DNA of 42,301 nt from NCBI GenBank assembly GCA_000708835.1, contig DF237650.1, positions 1 through 42,301 of the forward strand, given 5' to 3'. Positions 1 through 11,952 of this stretch are shown here, in pieces. The notes beneath the pieces are model-generated. The model saw only the letters and a list, made by a program, of their open reading frames with translations, ran no database searches and had not been told where the DNA came from. The stretch is from Klebsormidium nitens (Eukaryota; Plantae; Klebsormidiophyceae). The position numbers and the translations under genes were made by a program. Position 1 is the first letter of the stretch; each line of letters begins with the position of its first letter.

Positions 1-53
1 AGGCGGCCGCGGCGCAAATAGACCGCCGGCCGCGACAATCCGCAGCCCCCAGC

Positions 54-447
54 CAGTGTTCGTGGCGAAACCTAATTGATTTCGCCAATTAGGTTTGCGC
101 ATTAGTTTGCGCATATTCGCGCAAAGGGAGGAGTTTGCGCAGGCTGGCGAAATTAAGCGCGGCCGCGCGGTCGCGCGTAGGCGCGCGGCGCGGAAACACC
201 TGTGTCAATGACGTTTTGGGCCCAGGAGCAGTTACTCTTGATCTTGTATGACCAGTCTGCCTTGAAGGCAGCTAAATAGTTGAGTTAGCGTCAGACCAAT
301 ACCGATTTCGGCACCAAGTTATAGGCTGAGGCGCCCGAAATTGCATAAGCATACAGATAATTTCGCCAATTTCGCCAATTAGGGTGAATTTGCGCTTCAG
401 CAATTAGTGTTTGCGCATTTCCGAAAACAATTTCGCCACGATTACTG
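54..447. mobile_element. hAT-like non-autonomous element (MITE), 394 bp
   Basis: 17-bp imperfect TIRs: CAGTGTTCGTGGCGAAA at 54-70 and the reverse complement of 431-447, CAGTAATCGTGGCGAAA (15/17). Perfect 8-bp TSD CCCCCAGC at 46-53 and 448-455. Internal TTTCGCCAATT and TTTGCGCA subterminal repeats. CAG start plus 8-bp TSD is typical of hAT. Confidence 0.88.
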
Positions 448-1330
448 CCCCCAGCCCCGGGCGGCAAAGCATCTAAGCAGAGTGCAGGTCCTGCAGGTGA
501 TTGTGTACATGTCGGGTGCTCCTCAGCTATCGGTACTGAATTCCGTGCAATGCTTGTGTCAAAGGGGTACAGGTTTGCTACACAAAGCTACACAGGGTGT
601 ACCATCCGGCCTCGATCCACGTCGTGTACAGCAGGACCTTCTCGTACACATGTCAGACTAGCCATGCCCAAGTGGTACACAAGCTGTACACGACCACGAT
701 GTGTACGGCTCTGATACACGAATGTATCGTATCCACACCTCGGGGAGTTTCGTGACGTTGACTCCCCGTCTTTTTACCGACACGACTTTCGCCCTCGGTG
801 CACCCCGCGCTTCGCAGGCCGTCTCAATTGCCTGCTTCACTTCGTCGGCCCCCCCAAGCTGGTCGACCACTTCCTGGGAGAGTTTGAGCTCTCTGCTGTT
901 GACGTTGCTCCCGATTTGCATTGTGCTGCGAAAGTTCCAGTCTGGCGCCGCCGCACCTAGGTTCTTGAAGCACTCCGCTGCCGCCAGACAAGGGGCGTCG
1001 GAGGGGAAGGCTAGGTAGAACAAGGGTGAACGGATTCCGTGCCCTCGTCGTCCTCCAGAGAATATCTAACCAGGACGTGGCGGGGCAGGTCGGTTAGGCT
1101 GGAGATCCTCAGGCTCTACGTACGTTTTAATATCTCTATAGGCTTGTGCAGTGCTCAGACTCGGAGGCAGACGTTAAATTGTCATTTAGCAGGCGCTGCC
1201 GGGAGCCCATGTTGCCCTGCCGCCTCAGGCTGTGGGCAGCTGCGAAGCAAGAAAGGTGGCGGCACGGTGGCTGCATCAGAGCTAGAGGAGAATTCTGAAT
1301 CGTCGTTGTATTGATACCTATGCTGGAAAT

Positions 1331-3992
1331 ATGACGCTTCTTTCCTATTGTGGATACGCCCTCATTGGTTTGGGACCAGCGGGGGTTCTGCTTGGCACAG
1401 TTCTACGGAAACCATTTCTTCTTATAGTGGTCCTTGCCAGGTGCGTGCACGACCATGATCCCACCTACACTTGTCATTGCTTAGAATCATTGCTGCTTGG
1501 TGGTGCCAAGTTCGAAATTAGGGTTTGACCACTTCTTGCCCAGCGGCAGTATTAATGCTAGATTGAGCACTTTTCTGCCCCATTGTCCATAGAACCTCTG
1601 AAAGTGGTGTTTTAGTGCAAGTCACCTTGCCTGAAAGAGCCTCATAGAGACATTTTTCAATGTTTTAAAACGTCTGCCGTACACTGGATCATTCCAGAGA
1701 TGACTGCATTGTGTCGGAGTGCTGTGTGTCGGTGGCAGACAGACCCAATTGTGCTGATGTGACTCGCTCTGTCCTGGCATTGGGAAATCTAACGTGCCAC
1801 CAAGACGAACTCAAGATCCTTCTTTTGCAGTGCATTTTTCTGGCTCCTCACTTTGATGCTCATTGGAATACCGGCGAAGTTGCTTCTGGTTGCGGAAGGA
1901 TCGTCTCCACTTCTGGTCTTCCTCCTGCTGTTGTCTGTGTCAGTCCAAGAAAGCGTCCGATGGATTTACTGGAGACTATGCAGGTGAACATCTCATCACG
2001 CCATCTTCAGCGTTTGAGAGCTCTTCTAGTCTGTATTAGGGTAGCAAAAGTAGAGGGCTATGGGGGGTCCATCACAATCACTCTGTATGCATGCCTTCCT
2101 TGGTGTTTGGGTGGTATGACGTTGGGACTTGTTCACTGATCCTATGTTGGTGACAAAGGCAGGGGAATTCAACTGATCCGGTCCCACTCCCTTCTCTAAT
2201 TGTGACGATTTGGGGAAAACAGAAAGGGATCCGGTGGCAATGGAAGGCCCGACGTTCACTTTTGTATTTGCTCTTTTTTTAATGTTTATGTCTGATGCGC
2301 AGGTTTACAGAAAGTGCACTCGATGCTTTAGCAGAGAAGCAATCAAAGGCAAAGCTATCTGCTTTGGACAAGCTTTCCATCTACCTTGGTGAGTAAGATC
2401 TTGACAAGGTCCCGTGCACTTTGGTTGTGGCATTTGCATCCGTGTTGCATTGCGTGGAGACCGCTCTCTATCGCCGTATCCGGACACCTACGAATCGTGT
2501 CCAATCAAACTGTAGTGAGTCGTAAGGCTCTGAACACAGTTGACGTTATCAAAAATGGGGCATAAAGAGAGCGCATATGTCTTGGCTCGTTAATCTGGCG
2601 CCCTTCCTTGTGGTTGCGCGCTAAACGAAGGTGCGTGTGCCCCTCAAGATCGTAGAGCCACCTGTGTCTGTAGCGGTCAGCATCAAGATGTAGGCTCCCC
2701 GCTTACATAGTCGTTGTTCGACCATGGGACCTTGTCACAGAGTCCTTGGTCGTGGCCTTGTATTTTATGTACGTAAGGCACGTAATTTTCATGCAATTGC
2801 ACTCCGCTGTCCCCTCATAGTACTCAACTCCTTTCTTTGCTAGCGAGCGGCCTGGGCCATGGTCTTGCTCATTCTGCCATGTTCTTCTTGGCCCTTCTCA
2901 CTCCAACGCTTGGGGCTGCCACGTACTACCTGGAGGGTTGCCCTGAGGTGCCGTTCTTCTTAGCAGCAGGTATGCGAAGCTCGTGAAGCGCGCTTAAACT
3001 TGTCAACAACTGCTGTGTTCTTCGAGTGTTTGCGAAACGCTTTTCCGAATGTCTTGGAGGAGTTGCTGATGCGCTGCAAAGTTTCCATGTGAGTAATACA
3101 CAAGTTGTCCATACAACGCCCCTTGAAGCGCACTGGTTGATGTTTCCTCTCCTGCAGTTTTGGCCTCTCTTGGCTTTCTGGTTCTGCATACTTTCTCGAT
3201 GGTGGTCGCACTCGATGGCTATGCAAGGAAGAAGCCGAAGCAGGTGCTTTTCGTACTGGGCCTTCATTACGCCGCTGCTTTACTGGTGAGTATGCCAACA
3301 CAGTTTGCCAATTCGAAAATGCTTCATTGGTCCAAGTCCAGGACTCAAGGTCTTCGCAGCTTACGCACTTTCGTATTGGCAGGTCCCATTTGTCTTTGCT
3401 AGGCATGGAAGTTGGTTCTTGTGAAAATACGCTGGAGTGGAAATCTTCGATTATTTTCGGTCCTCTGAATGCGGAATCGAGCAGCATATGTTCAATCTAA
3501 GTATTTGGCTAATGCGCCCTATTCGGACGATTCTGTCTTGAAGGGGCAAACCCGAAATCTGATTTTAAAGTCAGTTAACCTAGTATGCGGCTGCTCCGGG
3601 GCGTCGGTTCTCACTGTCACGTTGAAAGTACCATCAGGAGACGAGCCGAGCGCTGCACATGTTACACACGTGCGGCCGCAGACTGGATTACATAGTCCGA
3701 AATTGGATATTGGGTTGCCCGTCCATAACCAAAAACGTCCGAAACAGGGCGTACCAGTCTCAAGCAGCTGATTAATAGTGCGCATTTGAGTATTGGAGAC
3801 TCCGATTCTGAGTCTGATTTGATGCATATTTTCTCTTGTACTCTGCAGATGATATCAAGTACCTTAGCTTCAGGTTGCGCCTTCAGTATTACAAGCTCGT
3901 TGTGTTGCGGGTTTGTGTCGTTAGTAGCATGTGCTTTCTTGCTTTGGCATCGGACAAGCGGTTATGTGCCCTTGAGTATTGAGCCATCATGA
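1331..3992 (+). CDS. APH1: Gamma-secretase subunit APH-1, about 248 aa, 6 exons
   Basis: Exons 1331-1440, 1831-1983, 2303-2388, 2844-2969, 3158-3285, 3849-3992; all GT-AG with consistent phases, 747 nt. Motifs GYALIGLGP..RKPFL, GLGHGLAHS (GxxxG) and LHTFSMVVALDGY match plant APH-1 as recalled. Confidence 0.93.
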
Positions 3993-4232
3993 TCCACGAA
4001 CTCCTCGCACCGGTGGACCTTTCGACTACTGATGACCCGCTATGATCTTCCTTACCCTCTCCATGCCAGCGGGATTCGACAGGCATGTACACCTACGGCC
4101 AACTTTGAAAGATTTTCAAATGCATGTGAATGATTTACCACTGCCAACGTCTCCTGCAAGATACCCGCACGAGAAACTGACTCAGTGACTTGGGCTTGAT
4201 TATCGATCAGGATTCGAAATAACAAACCTCAA

Positions 4233-4367
4233 GATGGTCTCTTTTCAAATACGCCGTAGCCAGTTCCGTTCATAGGCTTCTCATGGCACACGAGATTGCC
4301 AACGAGTGCCTCTGATGGTCTCTTTTCGTACTCGCCGTAGCCAAATAGGCCATAGGCTTCTCATGGC
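4233..4367. repeat. Imperfect direct repeat pair (about 55 bp, period 81 bp)
   Basis: GATGGTCTCTTTTC..CGCCGTAGCCA..CATAGGCTTCTCATGGCA occurs starting at 4233 and again at 4314. Confidence 0.75.
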
Positions 4368-4758
4368 ATACATGTATGAAGTGTGTCTGTCCTTAGACTC
4401 TTAGACCTAATCTTCTGCATCTTAGGCAATGCTCGACTCTACCAACAAGGTTCTAAATATCCCAGACCGAAGCTGTCAACCAAGCTACCGTACACTTCTA
4501 CTTTATGCTGGTGAACGCCACCAACTTACGTTGGTCGTACGGAAGGAAGATCGCCGTGGCGGCATGGGTATGTAGAACCTGGTAGAGTCAGCAACTTTGG
4601 CTACGGCAAATGGGCGGCAAATCTTAAGCAATCCAGGTCGGACACGCAACGCGCCGGGCCGTTAAAATATTAAAATGCCTGATGGTCACTTCGTATTAAT
4701 GAACGCGTGCACACCCAGGTGCATAGCGCATGCAAATGCCTCGGATTAGGGCAAGAAA

Positions 4759-5558
4759 TGGGCCCCGGACCATGCATATTAGCATACGGTCTACAAGGAT
4801 TTTGAGGCCGTGGCATACGGCATATCGACCAAAAACTGATTTGGCGTCCGGCATATTGGCATCCGCAATATGCCAATATGTCTAAGATAGTCTAATGTTC
4901 AGTGTATTCTGGCCCTGAATGTCCTACACTCCGAATCCGAATGTTTTGATATCTTCTGGCAATAACAATAACAAGCTATGAGCTAACAATACCAGCTATT
5001 ATTTATATACCGTATACGTCATATACCGCATATTTTGTCAGGTTATGTGCTGTTAGTTTCGGAAAAGTCGCTTGAATTATATAGAGAAAACTTAGACAAG
5101 AAACTCGAAAACCTCTTGAAAAATGCGAGGCGTATATTTATTTGGACCAGCTCGCTTATGGTCTTTTGTTGAGTGCAGGCTGCCCCGAGGTCCTCAAATT
5201 TGTCCGGTAGGACCTACCATACGGGCCAGCGCCCAAAAATTACATGCTCACCAAACGGAGTCCCTCGCATTTTTGTTGTCATAAATAGCTAAATTTAGTG
5301 TTCTTGCAAATAGTGATCGAACATATTACAGTCTGCCTCGGAATCCCCATGAAACAGGAAATCGGCAGGAGAATTAAGTGTTTGCGGTCGTTTTTGAGCT
5401 GTATACGGCCATTTTTAGCCCAAAAAGCAAAGATGTAGCATATATGCTGATTGCATATTGCATAACCCAAAAAAGCGCGCTCGGCATATGGCATAACGGC
5501 CAAAAACTCGGCTGGCATATGGCATATTGAAGTCGAAATATGCATGGTCCGGGGCCCA
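4759..5558. mobile_element. 800-bp non-autonomous TIR element with TG..CA ends and 6-bp TSD
   Basis: Perfect 22-bp TIRs TGGGCCCCGGACCATGCATATT at 4759-4780 and 5537-5558. AAGAAA flanks both ends directly (4753-4758, 5559-5564). Multiple GGCATAT/ATATGCC subterminal motifs in both arms. AT-rich non-coding core. Confidence 0.88.
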
Positions 5559-5958
5559 AAGAAACAATCATACCGTCAGTGGAGGCGTTCCGCCGCATGG
5601 ACGAAGTTCTGCCGGATTCCGCCTAACTCTGGCATGAAGCACCGCGGCCGCGCTTAGCCTAGCCGAGGGTCGCGCGCTAGCGGCCGCGCTAAGCTTGAGC
5701 CTTGGACTCGGAGCTCCAGCGCCACAAGTTACAACGCCGACGGTTGTGGCAACCTGGACACAACATATTGAAGCGCGACGCATTGCATGGCATGGTGGCT
5801 TGTTTTCTCTTCAAGTTCTCATGTTGGTGTAGCAGGTGTTGTTGTTTAGGTAGCGCATAGCAGAACTGAGGAGGCTGTACGAGCGCTTCCATCTGTCCTT
5901 TGCAAGCGCTGCATCGAGTTTTTCAAACTCATCTGTCGGTAGCTTTTTCTTGTGCAAA

Positions 5959-8900
5959 ATGAAGACGATTGGAAACGCTGCTGGGGTCGATGACGAAGGT
6001 GCAGACAAGTACAACAAAAAGTCAAGAACAGCAAGGTGAGCCCCACTTCTCAACTCTTCGCTTTGCTGTCAAATGATTTCATGTGATGTTGTGCTTCTTG
6101 TTTTGGAGATTGATCACGCCAATTATCGATTTGGCCATGTTTTCTGTGCTTTAAGCTGATTCTTTGCCTTGACTATGCAGCCAATTACCTCAGCTCTCCT
6201 TCTATGGATCTGGGAAGTTCCTGCGTATGTTGTGCGTGTACGCCGTCTACCAGTACCTGGAGACCACAAGCGCATCCTTGATCCAGTTTGTCTTCTGGTG
6301 CCTGCTCGGGTCTGCCCTGGCGTTCCTTGTCATTCAGCAGCCATGGAAGGGCAGACCACTGCCATCTAGCCAGGTGAGCGGAAGTCGGAGCACTTGCTGT
6401 CAATATGGGATCACATCTTGAATGTTGGCGCTTTTCTGTCCACTGCCATTTTCCAATCAATCAAACTTGATTTGATTGGAAACACCATAGATGACCCGCT
6501 CTGACGACGTCTTGCTTTGATTTGCAGTGGGCACCTACAGTGATCAATGGGTTTGTTCTAGCGATGTCTCTGCTGCTGTGGGGCCATGCGCTGCGGACGT
6601 CAGGCGTCATAAGGTATTCTTGACCATCTGATGATCAGAGCTTAGGAAAGCCTCCGATAGATTATGACAAGCAACCATACGATTTTTTCCTGGATCAATT
6701 ATCCTAGACAGCAGACCTTCTCATTCAGTGTTGTCCCTGCAGTCGACTCCCTGACGCTCATATTCTGGGCACATGACATTGAATGATTGCAAAGCTTGAC
6801 AAGATTTAAGCGAATCGCACCCACTCTTCAAAGAACGGGCTTCGCGCGTGGGGTTGCAATTAGGTTGCTGACTGTACAACCTGTGCCGAAGGATCTCTAC
6901 TTATTGCCTCACCATCATCATCTGTTGCTGTACAGGACTATAGTTGCAGAATATGCTGGAGTTGCTGTTGGAGGCATCTCCATGCTGTTCCTGAGCAAAA
7001 GGGGAAACCGTGCACGGAAGGTGCGTGCTTCATTGCTGTGGCTGAGGGTCAAGATACTAGGTTGCAGCAAGTGTAGTTGTGTCGCGTACAGAAAAGCACG
7101 CAATCTATTGCATGGTGGAGAGAATCCTTTGGATGTTGGGGGACAGTCAGATACTGATATTGCGCATTCTTGTCTATCTTTCTTTTCAACAGATCCAGGG
7201 CCTCCTCAGCCTGGCCGCGGCTTTCTTCATGTTCTCACGGGGGTGGTCGTCGGCTACATCCTCGCCCTTCTTGAAGCTTCGCCAGCTCGTGAACAGCGAT
7301 ATGCAACCCGCCACCAGCGACTCAGCGGACGCTGGACAAGTCTCTATGCTGGTTCCCGTGGCAGCTGGCCTCATGGCTGCTGCGCGGAGGCTGCTGGCAC
7401 GGCGGGTAGCTCTGAAGGTGCTGCCTCTTCCGTACAAGCCATTTGCTGCACTGTTGAGGTTGCATCTTGCTTCTTATGCCTGTCAGAGGAATTGCAAGAG
7501 GGGCTCGTGGATCTTGTGTTTAGAATTCTACCCTGCACGAGTTGCGTAAGGATGCGGCCCAGGCATCACGCGCTATTTTACGCTAGTTGCCTGACATAAA
7601 ATTTATTGTTCTCTGTGCAGACGCAGAGCAAGAAGCGGATGCAAGCGATCACTGTGATCTCTGCAGCTCTCTTCATGGCACCGATGGCGTTCTTCGAGTA
7701 TCTTAGCCTGGTAAGCAAGCGGGCCGTTTTTTTTTGGTCTTTTTGCCTAGAAGGATGTGCAGTTGGAGACGCCTTCTTTCTTGTGACTTCGTTACTGAAA
7801 GATTTTCAAAGCAATATGGACCTGAATCGAATGAGCAAAAGGCACTCAAAAGTTTCCTATTTCGTGCTTCGTGCAGGGGAACTCCGAGGGACAACCGTAC
7901 GCAGGATCAGTCATTGGTGTGCACTTGGCCTTCATTGTCTTCGGTATCGTGCTCCACTTTTACGTGGAGAGCTTTGGGGAGGACAGGTAGGCTCCAACTT
8001 CAATTTTGAATTCGTTCCCCCTGGCTGTGTGATATATCAAATAAGCAGTATGCTTACAACTTGTGGAAGGCGATATGTGTCCGTCAGACCTTCTCCTCTG
8101 GTGGTTGCCACGAAACTGAGGCGTGTTTCCGCCGCTTCCTCTTTCGTTTTCCACGTTCTGGTCTTCTTCAGACACACAAATCTGGGTCTTGCTTTGCAGG
8201 CTTAACATCAACTCTTCCTCCCCAATGAGCGTGGCATTTACGCTTGGCTCTGTAGCGGCAGTCGAGCTGTTCAACAAGGGCGACTTCTCTGTGTTGGGGT
8301 TTGCACTGTGCTCCTCAGTGCTGGCGCTTGGTGAGTATCTTCCAAAGACTTTTTCTGCCAGGTCTTGCCAACCAGATTCTTGCATGAAATATGACATCAA
8401 CCGCGTCCTTCACCGCCGATCTGAAGCATAGAACACTTTACAGAGTCGTTTGTCTTTCTATCTTCAGAATGTTGCCGGTCGAGCTCGACTGTGTAAGTCG
8501 ACCTTCTCTAGGTTACTGAGACGTTTGTCCTTTCGCCAGGGGTTCACTTGTCGGGCTCAGTCGAGATATCCAGGAGGGAGGCTGCAGCGATTGGTCTGGT
8601 GCCGGACGACAAGGAGAAGCAGAGGAGGGGGGCGACCGCCCTGCTCCCTGTAAGCAGGCAATCCTTCAATTCTGTGCTTGTACCTTCAGTTTCGTTTCTG
8701 AGTGTAAGGCAACCTCTATTTGTTGCTTGTTCTTTTGGTCGAAGTTGAGCGGAGGCCGCAGTGATGAGAACCGGGTGCTCCTCGTGCAGGGCCCCGTGGC
8801 GCATCTGTGGGCGGACCAGAAGTCGAGAAAGATAGCAAGTGCGTAAGAAAAGTCTCATGTCATCGAAAGTCGCTGTGTGCTGGAAGCTGTGCTGAATTGT

Positions 8901-11900
8901 GCAAAAGATACTCAGTGTCGCTTCCATCTAATTTTCAAGGTCGAACGATCCGGGTCAGCCAGCCTAAGAGGGCTGAACGCAGCTTTGCTTGGAATTTTGG
9001 GAGGAACCGTGAAGCATCCTGTAATAGGCACGGCGAGTCAGTCGTCCCGAACTGGAATCAGCCATCTAATCGCGACAGGCACCACGGTTCCTCGTTTTCT
9101 GAACTTCCACTGCCTCGCTGCTGATGATGAGTAGCTCATGGAGAAGAGGACGCAAATCAGTGTAGGCTTTTGCATCGAAGATGTTCTTGTCTGGTTGTCT
9201 ACTCTAAAGCTGCGGTCTGATCGTCCCTGTCTGTGGTCTCCCCTGCGCAGGTTTTCTCCTCATAAACACCATCTTCATGGTCGTGGAGTTCGTCTACGGA
9301 TTCTTCAGCAACAGGTGAGGCTCCACATGATACTCCTGCTCTTGCACGTTCTATAGATCTCATGACTGCCCATCCTCAAGGCAACGTGCCCTTGGCCCTC
9401 GGCCCTTGGTTTGGTCGGGTCCTTGATAGTGCTTTTGGAAAGACTCTGATCGTTCCCCTGATCTGAGATTATATCTGAGTGCTTTTTTCCGGAGCTAACA
9501 GTCCTCTGCAGTCAGTTTTGTTGCGAACAGGAAATGTTGAAGCTGAACTGAGCTACTGTTTCCCACTTCCCGCAGCTTGGGACTCATTTCCGACGCCTGC
9601 CACATGCTCTTTGATTGCGCTGCGCTTGCAATCGGTCTGTACGCCTCCTACATCGCCCGGCTGCCGTCAACAGCCAAGTACCCCTATGGGTGAGCCCACC
9701 CGCCTTGTCCCTGCTGTTTGCGATGGTGCACATGCTACACAGGTGCCGTTACATTATTCGCCCTCTCTCTTAGCGGTGTTGGACAGAACTTTATGATAAC
9801 GACAGAACTTTTTGATAACGCCTCTCAGTTTTGAGCGCTGCACCTTTCTTTTGAAGATTGTTTGAGTGGCTGTGTAGCTTGTCGACTTTCTCACGCTCCT
9901 TCCTTTGAATGAAAATCTACGTGCAACCATTTGATCCGACACTGTGCTTGTCAAATTCGTTCTGGCTCGCAAGGCGCTTGTTTTATCTCCCTGCGCTTAC
10001 AGCAGTTCACCTTTTTGCCGTATGCAGGTACGGGCGGTACGAGGTGCTGTCAGGATACGTGAACGCCATCTTCCTGGTGTTTGTGGCGACGTTGATCATC
10101 CTGGAGTCCATCGAGCGTGTCCTGGAGCCGCCCGACATTTCCACCGACAAGCTGATGCTCGTCTCGGTCGGCGGCTTTTTGGTCAACATGATCGGCTTGC
10201 TCTTCTTCCACGAGGCGCACATGCACTCGCACGGCCACGACTGCGGAGGGGGGCATTCACACAGCCACGGTGGGCATTCACACGGCCACGATCATTCGCA
10301 CCAGCACGATCACGAGCACGGGCATGCGCACGAGGGACATGCGCACAGTCACGAGCACGGGGAGACGTGCAGCGGGGGGCATTCACACCACGATCACGAT
10401 CATGGCCACAAGCACGACCACGAGCACGGAGCCCATTTACACCATGATCATGACCATGACGGTGGGCATGCACACAACAGAAGCGAGCATTCCCACGATC
10501 ACACACATGCCCACGAGCACAAGCATTTACACGAGCACGGGCATGCCCACGAGCACGAACATTCGAACCCAAAACACGAGCATTCACACCATGAGCACGA
10601 GCACTCCCCCAGCCCTGGCGCGCACCAGCACAGCCCGAGCTGCGATCACGGTCACAGTCACGACCATCGCCACAGCCACGATCACGCTCACGGCCACACT
10701 GAGGGGGCTGCTGCGCAAGACGGGGAGAACGGGCACGTTCAAGTGCATGGGCATGAGCAGCAGCCGGGCACGCCGGAGAGTCGGTGGAGCGAATCGAGCC
10801 TTGCTCAGGGGGGAGGAACGGCGAAGGGGGACAGCCACGGGCACGCCCATGGCGACGAGGAGTTCCAGATCAAGAGCCGGGTGGGGCGGCACGCGCACGG
10901 TCACGAGGAGCGGAGCGCGTCCCCGCAGGAGCCCAGTTCGCATTTACACCACCACGTGAAGCTGGAGGAGCCTGTTCACACCCACAGCCATGCCCATCAC
11001 GGGCACTCGCACGAGGACCACAACATGCGGGGGATCTTCTTGCACGTGTTGGCGGACACGCTGGGGAGCGTCGGGGTGATCATCTCCACGGCGCTTATCC
11101 AGTACTGCGGGTGGGTGCTGGCGGACCCGGTGTGCAGCATCTTCATCAGCCTGCTCATCGTGAGCAGCGTCATCCCGCTGCTGCAGACCACAGGGGAGCT
11201 GCTGCTGCAGCGCGTGCCGGCCAGCCTCGAGCGCGACGTGCAGACGCACCTCGGCACGGTGAGCAACGTCTTCCTAGCCGTCGGGGAAGTCTCTGTCCGT
11301 AGGTTGAGAGTGAGTCAAGCGGAGATGATTGAAGGCGCAGGGTCAGAAGCAGCAGCGCAGCCGCAAGGTCAAGCTGGAGGTCGATTTGCGGTCTTGTCCG
11401 TGGTTTACTTATCAGGTGTGCTGAACTCCGATCCGGATTGAGGCTTTCGAATCTTTCGGTGGCACGCGCTGCTCGCGTTGGCTTCGCTGGCTCGCAAGTT
11501 GCGCACGGTGGCAGTTTTTGCCCAGATCGACTCACTTTTCGTGCTTGTACAGTATCTGGCGATTGATTCCTAGCGAATAATTCAATGGTCTGTCTAACGT
11601 CCCAATGAAGCTGGGTTCGAGATTGTTCCTGACACTCGCTTAGCTGTTCTGGCATCTGCAAGAACCTGACATCTTTGGCGATCGTCCTCCAGGTGGACGA
11701 CATGGAGGGCGTGCTAAGTTGTCGGAAGGCCCACTTCTGGAGCTTCACCCCCAAGATGACGGTGGGCAGCCTGTGCGTCAGGGTCACGCAGCGGGTGAAC
11801 AAGCAGGATATCAGGTTGCGCATCGCCAACCTCTTCAAGTCAGCGGGCATCAGCCATCTGACAGTGGAGGTGAGGTTGGACTTGCGCCTTCTTGCTGGAA

Positions 11901-11952
11901 GTGCTGGAGAATGGTTCTTGCGACGACTGCTTATCTAAAACAGGTTTCGTAG
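5959..11952 (+). CDS. MTP12: Zn-CDF cation diffusion facilitator, MTP12/ZnT5/Msc2 type, about 916 aa, 15 exons
   Basis: Exons 5959-6035, 6181-6373, 6528-6613, 6936-7020, 7193-7417, 7621-7710, 7877-7986, 8200-8330, 8540-8649, 8790-8838, 9251-9314, 9576-9689, 10028-11258, 11693-11869, 11944-11952 (last micro-exon tentative). Phases consistent. KSRKIA.FLLINT, SLGLISDACHMLFD (HxxxD), YGRYEVLSGYVNA and NMRGIFLHVLAD (HxxxD) match Arabidopsis MTP12 and ZnT5 as recalled. Confidence 0.92.

Noticed and set aside
5811-6053. Minus-strand ORF (..FEKLDAALAKDRWKRS..) considered as a transposase fragment
   Set aside because: No recognisable motif; it overlaps MTP12 exon 1 and its 5' region on the opposite strand.
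6787-7599. 270-aa ORF in the track
   Set aside because: It runs through MTP12 exon 4, introns and an off-frame exon 5; explained by the spliced model.
9124-9220. C-box (ATGATGA) and D-box (CTGA) motifs in an MTP12 intron
   Set aside because: No terminal stem and no recognisable guide sequence.
9944-11302. Several long Arg-, Thr- or Ala-rich ORFs in other frames and strands
   Set aside because: Shadow frames of the GC-rich, repetitive His-loop exon.
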